From NCBI GenBank assembly GCA_038250865.1, contig JBBSBW010000025.1:11809-75808 (forward strand): a stretch of DNA of 64,000 bases, read 5' to 3'. The DNA is from Thermoanaerobaculia bacterium. Its GTDB lineage: Bacteria; Acidobacteriota; Thermoanaerobaculia; Multivoradales; UBA5704. The notes under the pieces were generated by a model. It did no database searches and had not been told where the DNA came from. It was given only the letters and a program-made list of their open reading frames with translations. Numbering within the stretch: the first letter of the stretch is position 1; each line of letters opens with the position of its first letter. The translations under genes and the position numbers were made by a program. Shown in pieces: positions 1-8,962 of the stretch.

Positions 1-715
1 GTCGTCCACCAGCTGAAAGCAGGTGCCGAGCGCCCGGCCATAGCGGGCAAGCACGGCCCCCGCTTCGGGACGGCAGGGGGGGATCAGGCTCGGCAGCGAG
101 CAGGCTGCGGCGAACAGGTGGGCAGTCTTCCGGTCGACGATCTCGAAATACTCGTCGCGGGTGAGATCCGCGGCACCGAGCCGCGCGAGCGCCAGCAACT
201 CCCCCTCGGTCATCTTGAGCGTCGCGTCGCACAGCCGCTGGACCGGTTCGAGATGGCCGTGCGAGAGCGCCATGCGCATCGCCGTGGTGTAGATCCAGTC
301 GCCCAACAAAACGGTCTGGTTGTTGCCCCAGAGATGGTTGAGCGTCGGCTGGCCGCGCCGGAGCGCGGCGTGGTCGATGATGTCGTCGTGGATCAACGTC
401 GCGGTGTGAATGAACTCGACCACCGCGGCGTAGGTGATCTCTTCCGGGCCGTCGTGGCCGAGCAGCCGGGCGCAGAGCAGCAGCAGGGCGGGACGCACCC
501 GCTTTCCCCCGCCATCGGCGATGTAGACGCCGGCCTGGTGGATGAACGGCACGTCGGAGCCTAAGTGGAGGCGGAACACCTCTTCGGTCGCGGCCAGCTT
601 GTCGGCGACAAGGCTTAAGAAACGGGCCGGCGAGACCGGCGGGCCGGACGCCGTTCGAGGAACGTCGCGGGCCAACGGATCGGCCGCCAAGTCGAGCAGG
701 TGAGGATCGGTCGCC
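1..715 (-). CDS. Polyprenyl diphosphate synthase (trans-isoprenyl diphosphate synthase family); 3' end runs off the window
   Basis: Minus-strand translation gives ...LIHDDIIDHAALRRGQPTLNHLWGNNQTVLLGD... and ...GTCFQLVDD at the window edge; these are the two DDxxD motifs of polyprenyl synthases. GTG start near 715, immediately after the stop of the next gene. Not in the ORF track because there is no stop in the window. Confidence 0.8.
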
Positions 716-743
716 ACGTCGGGGCCTCTCTTGGGTCTGCGGC

Positions 744-1412
744 TCAAAACTTCCGGATCGGATCGAAGGGGATGACCTGGACCAATCGTCCGGATTCGAA
801 TCGGTACGCGCGGCCGGCCTCGAAATACCACCAGGTCGACTCGCGCCGGTCGGGGTACTCGACGATCCGCACCTCTTCGGGCTGGCCCAGCTCGGCGAAG
901 ACCCGGCGCTCGTCGTCGGTCTTCACCTGAGTCTCAAACGAGCGGAGCTTGGCCAATCGATCGCCCTCGCGGATGATCACGGGGACGGTGACCACCCCGG
1001 CCTCCAGTTGGCGAACCGAAAGGCTCTGGCGCTCGAACACTTCGAACTTTTCTTCCTTGCCCCGGCGAATCGCCACGCCGGCTTGGAGCTCGAACCGGTT
1101 GAAGTACGGGTCCCAGGGCCAGGAGATCGTATACGACCCTAAAGCGTCGGTGCTCGCCGCGACCCGCCGCACCTCGTTCTCGCCGCGCCGCAAGCTCTTG
1201 CGTGAAGCTTCGAGCACGATGCGCAGACCAGCGAGCGGATGCCCCCCGGTGTCGGTCACCCTGCCGGAGATCGCCACGGGATCGCCGGTCGAGAGAGCGA
1301 AAGAGGTCGCCGGAACGAGGCTCGCCACGCAGCCCAAGACCAGGCTCAAGCCGCAGGCGAGCCCACGAACCGGGCGCACAAGATGCCCTCGGAGCGGGCG
1401 GAGGCTGCTCAC
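744..1412 (-). CDS. Secreted hypothetical protein with a carboxypeptidase-regulatory-like (CarbopepD_reg) beta-sandwich segment
   Basis: 222-aa ORF with N-terminal signal-like hydrophobic segment, then ISGRVTDTGGHPLAGLRIVLEA, typical of CarbopepD_reg domains. 4-nt overlap with the upstream yajQ-like gene. Confidence 0.55.
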   Translation of the reverse strand: MSSLRPLRGHLVRPVRGLACGLSLVLGCVASLVPATSFALSTGDPVAISGRVTDTGGHPLAGLRIVLEASRKSLRRGENEVRRVAASTDALGSYTISWPWDPYFNRFELQAGVAIRRGKEEKFEVFERQSLSVRQLEAGVVTVPVIIREGDRLAKLRSFETQVKTDDERRVFAELGQPEEVRIVEYPDRRESTWWYFEAGRAYRFESGRLVQVIPFDPIRKF

Positions 1413-1915
1413 AGCGAACGGTAATTGGTAAAGGTGAGTGGAACGTCCAAGACGTCCGGATCGAGGCCGCGCAGCATGGCGATCACGGTCTGCAGATCGT
1501 CGCGCGCCTTGCCCGAGACCCGCACGGTGTCGCCCTGAATCGAAGACTGGACCTTGATCTTCCGCGCCTTGATCTCGGCGACGATCTTCTTCGCGGTCTC
1601 GATCGGGATGCCCTGCTGGAAGGTGATCTTCTGCTTCGCCCGGCCGCCGCCCGAGGGCTCGACCTTGCCGTAGCGCGCCGACTTCAAGTTGATGCCGCGC
1701 TTGACCAGCTTCGTCTGGAGCACTTCAAGCGCCTGGGCGACGCTGAAATCGTCGGAGGCCTCAAGCACGATCTCCTCGCCTTCCAGCTCCAACGACGCCC
1801 CGGCATGCTTCAAATCGTACCGGGTGGAGATCTCTTTGGCGGCCTGCTGCACCGCGTTCTTGATCTCCTGAAAATCTACGGTGGAGACGATGTCAAAAGA
1901 GTTTTCGGCGGCCAT
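1409..1915 (-). CDS. yajQ: YajQ family (UPF0234) nucleotide-binding protein
   Basis: MAAENSFDIVSTVDFQEIKNAVQQAAKEISTRYDLK... is diagnostic of YajQ/UPF0234. The longer ORF upstream of this Met overlaps the neighbouring gene and is not needed. Confidence 0.85.
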   Translation of the reverse strand: MAAENSFDIVSTVDFQEIKNAVQQAAKEISTRYDLKHAGASLELEGEEIVLEASDDFSVAQALEVLQTKLVKRGINLKSARYGKVEPSGGGRAKQKITFQQGIPIETAKKIVAEIKARKIKVQSSIQGDTVRVSGKARDDLQTVIAMLRGLDPDVLDVPLTFTNYRSL

Positions 1916-1983
1916 GATTCGAGGGGGTCCTCTCGCGGAGGAAGTATACCCGCTTGCTTGTGCCAACGCGAACAAGCGGCTTC

Positions 1984-2676
1984 CTACCGCTCGTCGTCCC
2001 ATTTGATGCCGGAGGGCGCGGAGAAGGTGGTGCCGCGGCGGGGGATTTCGCGGTAGTCGGTCAGGTCGAAACGAGTCTGGTTCCCCTCGGAGTCGCGGTA
2101 GGAGAGCTGGACCAGGCGGCGGTTTCCGGCGGCGCCTTCGACGACCAGGATCGCATCTTTGATCGGCGAGATCTTGGCTTTCGGCGCGAGCGAGATCTCG
2201 ATCCGGCCGCCGTCGAGCGGCCGGGCCGCCGCCTTGTAGCGGGTTTTCAAGTCTTCGACCCCGAGCAGCAGCAGGTCGAGCCCCGGCTCGGTCTTGCGGT
2301 CGACGCCGTAGCGGCGCCCGGTCTTGTCCTTCGGATTCCAGGCCCAGGCGTTTCCGCCGCAGAGGAGGAAACTCTTCGGATACGGGTCGGAATAGTCCCA
2401 GCGCAGGCAGTCGGGGAGCGCGAGCGCGAGTTTGCCCGACTCTTTCTCGCCCGAGCTAAAGCCCGCCGGCACGTAGGTCTGGGTGAAAATCGCCTGCAAC
2501 GTTCCGGCCTCGACCAGATCGGCACGGACGGCGCGGAGAGACTCCCACGCATCGGGGCTCGGGGCGGACTCGCTTTCGAGCTGTTTCGGCTGGCGGTCTG
2601 GAGTCGGTTTCTGGGCCGAGAGGGTGGCCGGCGCGATCAGCGCCAAGATCAAAAAGAGGTGGCAACCTCGGGTCAT
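1984..2676 (-). CDS. LolA-like outer-membrane lipoprotein carrier / DUF-type periplasmic protein
   Basis: 230-aa product starting MTRGCHLFLILALIAPATLSA (signal peptide) with LolA-like length and composition. The ORF-track N-terminal extension (to 2829) is a spurious in-frame read-through. Confidence 0.6.
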   Translation of the reverse strand: MTRGCHLFLILALIAPATLSAQKPTPDRQPKQLESESAPSPDAWESLRAVRADLVEAGTLQAIFTQTYVPAGFSSGEKESGKLALALPDCLRWDYSDPYPKSFLLCGGNAWAWNPKDKTGRRYGVDRKTEPGLDLLLLGVEDLKTRYKAAARPLDGGRIEISLAPKAKISPIKDAILVVEGAAGNRRLVQLSYRDSEGNQTRFDLTDYREIPRRGTTFSAPSGIKWDDER

Positions 2677-2731
2677 CTGGTCTCCGTTCGGTCTCATCTT
2701 TAAGCTCACGGGCGGGTTAGACTGCCGCGCC

Positions 2732-4714
2732 GTGAGACGTCTGCTCGTTTCTTCTCGCTCCAAAGGTCGGGTCGCCTTTTTCGTCGGCGTCGGCCTTTGC
2801 GTCCTCGGCGTCCTCGGGCAGGCTTGCAAGCCGCGGACCGCAGCGGCTCCAGACGCCTGGGAGCGGGTCGATCTTTGGTCGTTGCGGCCGGAGGTCGAGG
2901 TTACCCCAGTCGCGAACCGATGGTTTCATCCGACGACCCCTAGAATCTCGTTTCTCGGCGCGGCCGAGGTGCGCGACATGTCGCGCGTGCCCGCGGCGCA
3001 GCTGGTCAACTTCCCCCACCGTCCCGCCGGGCAGATCCGGGCGATCGAACAGGTCGCGGCTTCGCGGGTCCGCTGGCGGGTGCGGCTGGGCAGGTCTCCC
3101 TACCTCTCGTTCGTGCCGCTCGGCTTCGAGCGGCCATGCGCGTGTAGCTTCCGGGTGACGGTGAGTCCCGCGGGTGGAACCGCCGCTCCCGTCGAGGTCT
3201 ACCGCGCCGAGGCGCCTCCCATCCGGACCTTCGCTCCGCCGACCGTGACAATCGACCTGGCGCGCTGGGCGCCTCCCGCGGTGGCCGAGGCGGATCTCCG
3301 CTTCGAGGTGCTCGGGACCGGCGAACGCTCCGGCGGAAAGCTTCCCGCGCTGCTCTGGGGAAGCCCCGCGGTCTATGGCCGGCAGGCCTTGCCGGCTCCC
3401 GCCACGCGTACAGCGGAGAAACGGCCGAACATCCTGCTCATCGGGATCGACACCCTGCGCGCCGAGGCGGTCGGCGCCTGGGGGAGGAAGCCAAGCGTCA
3501 CGCCCGAGATCGACGCCTTCTCCGCCGAATCCGACGTCTACTTGGACACCTACACCGCGTTCAATGTCACGAACCCGAGCTTCATCTCGATCATGACCGG
3601 TCTGTACGGCAAGAACCACGGGGTCTACGACCTGGTGACCCCCCTCCCGCGGACGCAGATCACCCTCGCCGAGCACCTGCGCCAGGCAGGGTATGCCACG
3701 ATGGCCATTCTCTCCGCGAGCCATCTTCAGGACGTCAATTCCGGGTTGGGCCAAGGGTTCGAAGAGATGACCCGGGCGGGCGAGCATTTCGCGGGCGAAC
3801 TGCCCGTCGACATGACGATCGATTGGCTCGCCGCGCGCGCGAATCCCCACCCGGACCCAAAAGCCCCGGCTGCTCCGCCGAAGCCGTTCTTCGTCTGGCT
3901 TCACCTGTTCGACCCGCACACCCCTCACACTCCGCCCGAACCGTTCGCTTCCGGCTACGAACCGAGTGCCCCGTCCGGCCTCTCCCCCATCGCCACCTGG
4001 ATTCCCTACCGGACGCCCGGACCGCGCGCGTTCGAGGAGCAGGTCTTGGGGGCGAACAAGGACCTGTATTACGGCGAGGTCGCCTACCTCGACCACCAAG
4101 TCGGCCGGCTGCTCGATTTCCTGCGCAGCCGGAACCTGCTCGACGACACGATCGTGGTCCTCGTCGCCGACCATGGCGAGAGTTTGGGCGAGCACGGCAT
4201 CTCGTTCCGGCACGTGGGACTTCACGACACCACCACCCACGTGCCGATGATGATCCGCTGGCCGGGCCGGGAGCGGACCGGCCGGGCGATCCACGGCCTG
4301 GTGCAGTCGATCGACCTGTTCCCCACCCTGCTCGGCGCTCTCGATCTGCCGATCCCGCCAGAGGACGGCGAAGATTTGGGCAAGCTCACCGGCGAGGGAC
4401 GCACCGGCCGCCGCGCGGTGTTCGCCGAGCACGCCGGGAAGCTGGGGCTGATGGTCCGGACCGCCGACTGGAAATACATCCTGTCGAGCGGCAACACCCG
4501 CTTCTTCCCCGATGGCGCTTCGCTATTCGACCTGCGCGCCGACCCGGGCGAAAACGTCAACCGCGCGGGCCAGGGTCTGCCGCAGGAGGCCGAGCTCGAA
4601 CGGCTGATCCAGCGCTTCCTCGCCGACCGGCGGGACCTGCCAAAACCGACAAAGCGCGGCGACCTCACCCCGGAGGAAGAGAGTCGCCTGCGCGGTTTGG
4701 GGTACGTGCGGTAA
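2732..4714 (+). CDS. Sulfatase-family (alkaline-phosphatase superfamily) lipoprotein with a ~230-aa N-terminal domain of unknown function
   Basis: GTG start gives MRRLLVSSRSKGRVAFFVGVGLCVLGVLGQAC (lipoprotein-type signal). Sulfatase N-terminal domain motifs NILLIGIDTLRAEAVGAWG and MTGLYGKNHG. The ORF-track start at 2483 overlaps the LolA-like gene and is rejected. Confidence 0.75.
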   Translation: MRRLLVSSRSKGRVAFFVGVGLCVLGVLGQACKPRTAAAPDAWERVDLWSLRPEVEVTPVANRWFHPTTPRISFLGAAEVRDMSRVPAAQLVNFPHRPAGQIRAIEQVAASRVRWRVRLGRSPYLSFVPLGFERPCACSFRVTVSPAGGTAAPVEVYRAEAPPIRTFAPPTVTIDLARWAPPAVAEADLRFEVLGTGERSGGKLPALLWGSPAVYGRQALPAPATRTAEKRPNILLIGIDTLRAEAVGAWGRKPSVTPEIDAFSAESDVYLDTYTAFNVTNPSFISIMTGLYGKNHGVYDLVTPLPRTQITLAEHLRQAGYATMAILSASHLQDVNSGLGQGFEEMTRAGEHFAGELPVDMTIDWLAARANPHPDPKAPAAPPKPFFVWLHLFDPHTPHTPPEPFASGYEPSAPSGLSPIATWIPYRTPGPRAFEEQVLGANKDLYYGEVAYLDHQVGRLLDFLRSRNLLDDTIVVLVADHGESLGEHGISFRHVGLHDTTTHVPMMIRWPGRERTGRAIHGLVQSIDLFPTLLGALDLPIPPEDGEDLGKLTGEGRTGRRAVFAEHAGKLGLMVRTADWKYILSSGNTRFFPDGASLFDLRADPGENVNRAGQGLPQEAELERLIQRFLADRRDLPKPTKRGDLTPEEESRLRGLGYVR

Positions 4715-4726
4715 TGGGACCCGCCC

Positions 4727-5584
4727 CTACTTCTTCGCGTGGTCGTAAAAGCCGCGGCCGCTCTTGCGCCCCAAGCGGCCGGCGAGCACCATCTGCTTGA
4801 GCAACGGCGGCGGGGCGAAGCGCTTTTCGCGGTACTCCTCGAACATGATGTCAGCGATGAAGAGGGTCGTGTCCAGCCCGACGAAATCGAGCAGGGTGAA
4901 CGGCCCCATCGGGTAGCCGCAGCCGAGCTGCATCCCCTTGTCGATGTCCTCGACCGAACCCACCCCCTCTTCGAGCGCGCGGATCGCGTCGAGCAGGTAG
5001 GGGACGAGCAGCCGGTTGACGATGAAGCCCGAGTTGTCGCGCGCCGCGATCGGCTCTTTGCCGACCTTCCGGGCGAACTCGAACGCTGCGTCGAACGCCT
5101 CGTCGGAGGTGAGGATCGTGCGCACCACCTCGACCAGCTTCATCACCGGCACCGGGTTGAAGAAATGGAGGCCTACGAAGCGGTCCGGCCGCTTCGTGCT
5201 CATCGCGAGCTGGGTAATGGTGAGCGACGAGGTGTTGGAGGCGAAGATCGCCTCAGGTTTGACGATCTCGTCGAGCGCCGCGAAGGTCTTCTTTTTCTCC
5301 TCGACGTTTTCGACGATCGCTTCCACCACCAGATCGCAATCGGCGAGGTCGGAAAACTCGGTGGTGCCGGTCAAGTTGGCAAGCGCCGCATCGCGCGCAG
5401 CCGCGTCGAGCTTCCCCTTCTCGACCGCCTTGCCGAGGGAGCCTTGGATCCGCGCGAGCCCCTTGTCCAGGAACCCTTGGTTCACCTCGCGCACCACCGT
5501 CGTACAACCCGCTTTCGCCGCAATCTCGGCGATCCCGGCGCCCATCAGGCCGCAGCCCAGGACGCCCACCTTCTGAATAGCCAT
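4727..5584 (-). CDS. hbd: 3-hydroxybutyryl-CoA / 3-hydroxyacyl-CoA dehydrogenase
   Basis: MAIQKVGVLGCGLMGAGIAEIAAKAG (NAD-binding), ASNTSSL and GFIVNRLL motifs. GGAGGA RBS 5 nt upstream of the ATG at 5584. Confidence 0.9.
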   Translation of the reverse strand: MAIQKVGVLGCGLMGAGIAEIAAKAGCTTVVREVNQGFLDKGLARIQGSLGKAVEKGKLDAAARDAALANLTGTTEFSDLADCDLVVEAIVENVEEKKKTFAALDEIVKPEAIFASNTSSLTITQLAMSTKRPDRFVGLHFFNPVPVMKLVEVVRTILTSDEAFDAAFEFARKVGKEPIAARDNSGFIVNRLLVPYLLDAIRALEEGVGSVEDIDKGMQLGCGYPMGPFTLLDFVGLDTTLFIADIMFEEYREKRFAPPPLLKQMVLAGRLGRKSGRGFYDHAKK

Positions 5585-5654
5585 ATCCATCCTCCGGAAA
5601 GAATCCGGGCAGCGCCCGGGGAGAGCGGACTCTACCCGGGCGACGCTCCGTCCG

Positions 5655-7406
5655 CTACTTTTTGGGCTCCGGCTCCGGCACCGGCGCCTCTCCGATGGCG
5701 CCGGTCGCCCCGGTCGCCCCGGTCGAATACCCCGCCCGGTCGGAGACCGCCCACATCGAATCGACCATTGTGAGGCCGTTGAAAATGCCGTTGCTCGATT
5801 GGAAGGTCTCGAGCGCGTTCGGATTCGGCGGGTTCGCCTGGAGATAGCTCGACGCCCGGCCGGCGTCCGGCTTCTGACCGGGGTTCAACGGCGGCCAGGC
5901 GGCCCGGTGGTGGCAGTTCATGCAGTTGGTGGTGATCGGGTGCGAGGCGGCCAGCTCGATATAGGGGTTGTAGGCGACCGGCCACGCCGGTCCTTTGGTT
6001 CCCGGGGGAACGTAATAGTTTTCGTTCCCTTGCTGCTGCGTCGTTCCGTACGTCGTGGTGATCATGTAGTTCTTGTACGTCGTGTCGCCGCCGGGCACCG
6101 CGTTAGGACGATGCTTGCAGTAACGGCTGCTGGAGGGATCGGTGCAGGCGAAAGCGTCCGGATGCCACCAGGCCGACTGGAAGGTCCAATCCGACTGCTC
6201 TTTGGTGATCATGTGCATGGCGACCAGCGCCAGCGAGTCGCCCGCTTGAAACGCTCGGTTGTAGGTCCAATAGGCCGAGGCGTCGAGGATCGCGCGGTCG
6301 CAGGTCGACAGCTTGCCCAGATCGATGTCCGAATATTTTCGGCTGTAAAAGCGGTCGAGGGTGACCCGATCGCCATCGTAGGAATTCGGGCCGAGCGGCT
6401 TGCCGTTGGGGTCGAGCACGCCGTAAAGGAATTGCACCCTTTTTCGGTCCGGCGGTCCGGGAGGGCCGCTGGAGATCGCGACCGCCCGGGTCCACAGGTT
6501 CTGCATCTCGAAGCCGGCGTATTTGCCGTCGGCCGGCGAACCCGGCTTGTTGGCGTCCCAATCCCAGATGGGCAGGGCGGTGACGCTGGTGTATGTGGTG
6601 CCGCCGCCCGCGACCGGCCAAAGCATGACCTTGAGGACGATCGACGTGGCGGGAAACTGCTGAATGCTCGTCGACGGGCTCGTCTTCGGTGGCAACTGGG
6701 AGTCGAGAGCCGCGGCGTTGTACAGGTTCTTCAGGAGGATGTTATTCAGCGCGGACTGGTTGTAGCTCACGGCCGCTACCATGATGTCGCCGTTACTCTG
6801 AAAATTCTGGCCGTCCTTGAGGTTGTAAAGCTGCGGATTGGTGCCGGGGATCCTCTGTAGACAGTCCTTATAATTGCGGTTGTTGACGATCGCTTGATTC
6901 ACGCCATAGATCGGTGCCGGGTTGTTGATCGCGCCCACCCCGCCGATCGCCGCGTTGGCCTGGTTCTTGGCGTTGAGCGTCACCGGACGCAGGACCTCGG
7001 GCGCGGCCTCTCCCCCTTCGGCCAGCGAAGGTTTCCAGGGGTTGTATTGGAAGGGGAAGGCTTGGGTCGAAGTCCCCCAAGTCCGCCAGGTGGGGTCCTT
7101 CGCCGCGTTCGCCGCCTGGTTCAGACCCGCGAACAGGCAATAAGCGTGGAAGCGCATCCGAGGGCCCTGTCCTGGAGTCACCCAAGATTGAATCGTGCCG
7201 GAAGACTGCGGATAGTCGAAACCCGCGGGAAACTGCGCGGTGGGAGGCGGGGTCAAGTTGTCGCAAGCCACCGGGTCCGCCACCCTTTCGACCTTGGCAG
7301 CGGGGGGAGCCTCCTCCGCAACCGGCGGAACGGATTCTTTCGGGGCACAGGCGATCAACACGGCAAAAGTCGAGGCCACGGCGGCAACGCGGAGCAGGGA
7401 ATGCAT
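5655..7406 (-). CDS. Large secreted lipoprotein of unknown function with a single C-terminal CxxCH motif
   Basis: 583 aa. N-terminal MHSLLRVAAVASTFAVLIAC (lipobox-like LIAC). Gln/Asn/Pro-rich. ...TTNCMNCHHRAAWPP carries a CxxCH heme-c-type motif about 90 aa from the C-terminus. Confidence 0.6.
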   Translation of the reverse strand: MHSLLRVAAVASTFAVLIACAPKESVPPVAEEAPPAAKVERVADPVACDNLTPPPTAQFPAGFDYPQSSGTIQSWVTPGQGPRMRFHAYCLFAGLNQAANAAKDPTWRTWGTSTQAFPFQYNPWKPSLAEGGEAAPEVLRPVTLNAKNQANAAIGGVGAINNPAPIYGVNQAIVNNRNYKDCLQRIPGTNPQLYNLKDGQNFQSNGDIMVAAVSYNQSALNNILLKNLYNAAALDSQLPPKTSPSTSIQQFPATSIVLKVMLWPVAGGGTTYTSVTALPIWDWDANKPGSPADGKYAGFEMQNLWTRAVAISSGPPGPPDRKRVQFLYGVLDPNGKPLGPNSYDGDRVTLDRFYSRKYSDIDLGKLSTCDRAILDASAYWTYNRAFQAGDSLALVAMHMITKEQSDWTFQSAWWHPDAFACTDPSSSRYCKHRPNAVPGGDTTYKNYMITTTYGTTQQQGNENYYVPPGTKGPAWPVAYNPYIELAASHPITTNCMNCHHRAAWPPLNPGQKPDAGRASSYLQANPPNPNALETFQSSNGIFNGLTMVDSMWAVSDRAGYSTGATGATGAIGEAPVPEPEPKK

Positions 7407-7552
7407 ATCGTTTTCTCCCGGTCACGGATTTTGCCGCAGCATAGCGTAATGGGCTGAGGGGAGGGCGCGCGGGGAGATCACGCCGCGAGGGATTGAAATC
7501 GCTCGCTTCATCTTCTCGTGGCGGCTAACTTAGAGGAAAACGCCTAACACTT

Positions 7553-7581
7553 TTGACGCAGCGCACACAGATGACTAGACT
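7553..7581 (+). promoter_or_regulatory. Putative sigma70-type promoter for the phd-vapC operon (would give a leaderless or near-leaderless mRNA)
   Basis: TTGACG - 17 nt - TAGACT, ending 6 nt before the ATG at 7588. Confidence 0.35.
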
Positions 7582-7587
7582 AGTCCG

Positions 7588-7881
7588 ATGGACATGACCG
7601 AGAAAACCGTTTCCGTCTCAGAGCTCAAAGCCCACCTCTCCGAGTGCCTCCGCAGGGTGAAGGATGGCGAACGTTGGATAGTTACCGAGCGCGGCCGACC
7701 AGTTGCCATTCTTGGCCCCTCCCCGAACCACGGCGACGATCTCGACGGGCTCGCTGCTGCGGGCGCAGTTCGCCTGGGGAGTCGCCGTATGCCTGCAAAG
7801 CTCTGGGATCTTCCTCAACCTGAAGACCCTGGCGACACCGTCCGCCGAGCGGTTCTCGAAGAGCGAGCTGGGGGATGGTGA
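7588..7881 (+). CDS. Phd/YefM-family type II antitoxin
   Basis: TVSVSELKAHLSECLRRVKDGERWIVTERGRPVAIL is the Phd/YefM fold signature. Overlaps the downstream PIN gene (ATGGTGA). Confidence 0.8.
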   Translation: MDMTEKTVSVSELKAHLSECLRRVKDGERWIVTERGRPVAILGPSPNHGDDLDGLAAAGAVRLGSRRMPAKLWDLPQPEDPGDTVRRAVLEERAGGW

Positions 7882-8333
7882 TTTTCTGGGATACCTCCGC
7901 CGTCGTTCCCCTCCTGGTCGCTGAGAGCACTTCGCCGGCCATCACCGAGTTGGCCCGCCTCACCACGCTTCTCGTCTGGTGGGGCACGCCGATCGAGTGC
8001 CTGTCAGCCATCGCGCGCAGGGAGGGCGAGGCGAAGCTCACCCCAGAGGGTGCCGACCAAGCGCGTCGGCGACTGACTCTTTTGCGTGAAAATTGGAGCG
8101 AGATCCTTCCTTCGGAACTTGTGCGCGAAAACGCCGAACGCGCTTTGCTGCGGCATCCGCTCCGAGCGGCAGATGCCTTACAGCTCGGAGCGGCGCTCCG
8201 CTGGGCCGAGAACAGCCCACGAGGTCATCGCTTTCACTCCTTGGACGACAGGCTGACCGAAGCAGCGCGCAAAGAGGGTTTCGAGCTGGTCGACGCAACG
8301 AACTTCATCGTCGAACACCCTGCTGACTCGTGA
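7875..8333 (+). CDS. vapC: VapC-type PIN-domain toxin
   Basis: MVIFWDTSAVVPLLVAES... and a conserved acidic residue pattern typical of PIN ribonucleases. Coupled to the upstream antitoxin. Confidence 0.8.
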   Translation: MVIFWDTSAVVPLLVAESTSPAITELARLTTLLVWWGTPIECLSAIARREGEAKLTPEGADQARRRLTLLRENWSEILPSELVRENAERALLRHPLRAADALQLGAALRWAENSPRGHRFHSLDDRLTEAARKEGFELVDATNFIVEHPADS

Positions 8334-8349
8334 ACTCTGATCGCCGCGG

Positions 8350-8748
8350 CTAGGGCAACGCCGGCAGCGAGTACTCGAAGTCGTACCCGTGCTTCCCACC
8401 TTCAATCAAGATGTGGAGGGTGCCGGAGATCCCCGCCAATTCGCCGGTGCCGGAATCGGGCACCACGTGTACCGCGAGGTCCGGCGTGCCGCGGGTCATG
8501 ATCCCGCGGTGATAGAGCGCGAACGTGCCTTGCCGCCCGGCGAGGGTGGCGGTCACCGTTTCGATAGCGACGTAGACCCCCGAACCCTCCGCGGCACCCG
8601 CGGTCAGCATCTGCCCGTTGCCGGTGCCTACGAGATCGCCGTGAAATTCTTTCTCGATCGACATGCGACCGAGGGTCGCGTCCTCCGCCGGACCGGCCAG
8701 CGGCAGCGGGTTGACCTTGACGTCGAATGCGCCCTTGGCGTGCTCCAT
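8350..8748 (-). CDS. DUF3224-family protein
   Basis: 132 aa, MEHAKGAFDVKVNPLPLAGPAEDATLGRMSIEKEFHGDLVGTGNGQM... Strong RBS GAGAGGAGAGGAAG before the ATG. The longer upstream ORF is rejected. Confidence 0.65.
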   Translation of the reverse strand: MEHAKGAFDVKVNPLPLAGPAEDATLGRMSIEKEFHGDLVGTGNGQMLTAGAAEGSGVYVAIETVTATLAGRQGTFALYHRGIMTRGTPDLAVHVVPDSGTGELAGISGTLHILIEGGKHGYDFEYSLPALP

Positions 8749-8962
8749 CTTCCTCTCCTCTCGGGGTGTCGTACGGCGTTCCCCTCCGTACAGTGGGGAT
8801 GCTATCAGGCGCACTTCAACCGGGATTTTTCGGCGCAGGGTCGGAAGATCATCCACGGAGTACGAGAAGGGATCGCGAGGCCGGCGACGGGACGAAGAGC
8901 AAGGGTTCGAATCACCGGAGGGCGACGACGGCGGGAGCGCCGACCGGCTAAGATGCCGTTCC

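Noticed and set aside
2483-2731. N-terminal 83 codons of ORF-track entry 2483..4714
   Set aside because: Overlaps the 3' end of the convergent LolA-like gene. A GTG at 2732 gives a proper lipoprotein signal peptide; the upstream stretch is Arg/Ser-rich frame noise.
3823-4800. 325-aa Arg/Pro-rich ORF (and 2717..4432 minus, 571 aa) inside the sulfatase gene
   Set aside because: Alternative or antisense frames of a GC-rich gene. Compositionally aberrant (R/P/G-rich), no motifs. The sulfatase frame has clear family signatures.
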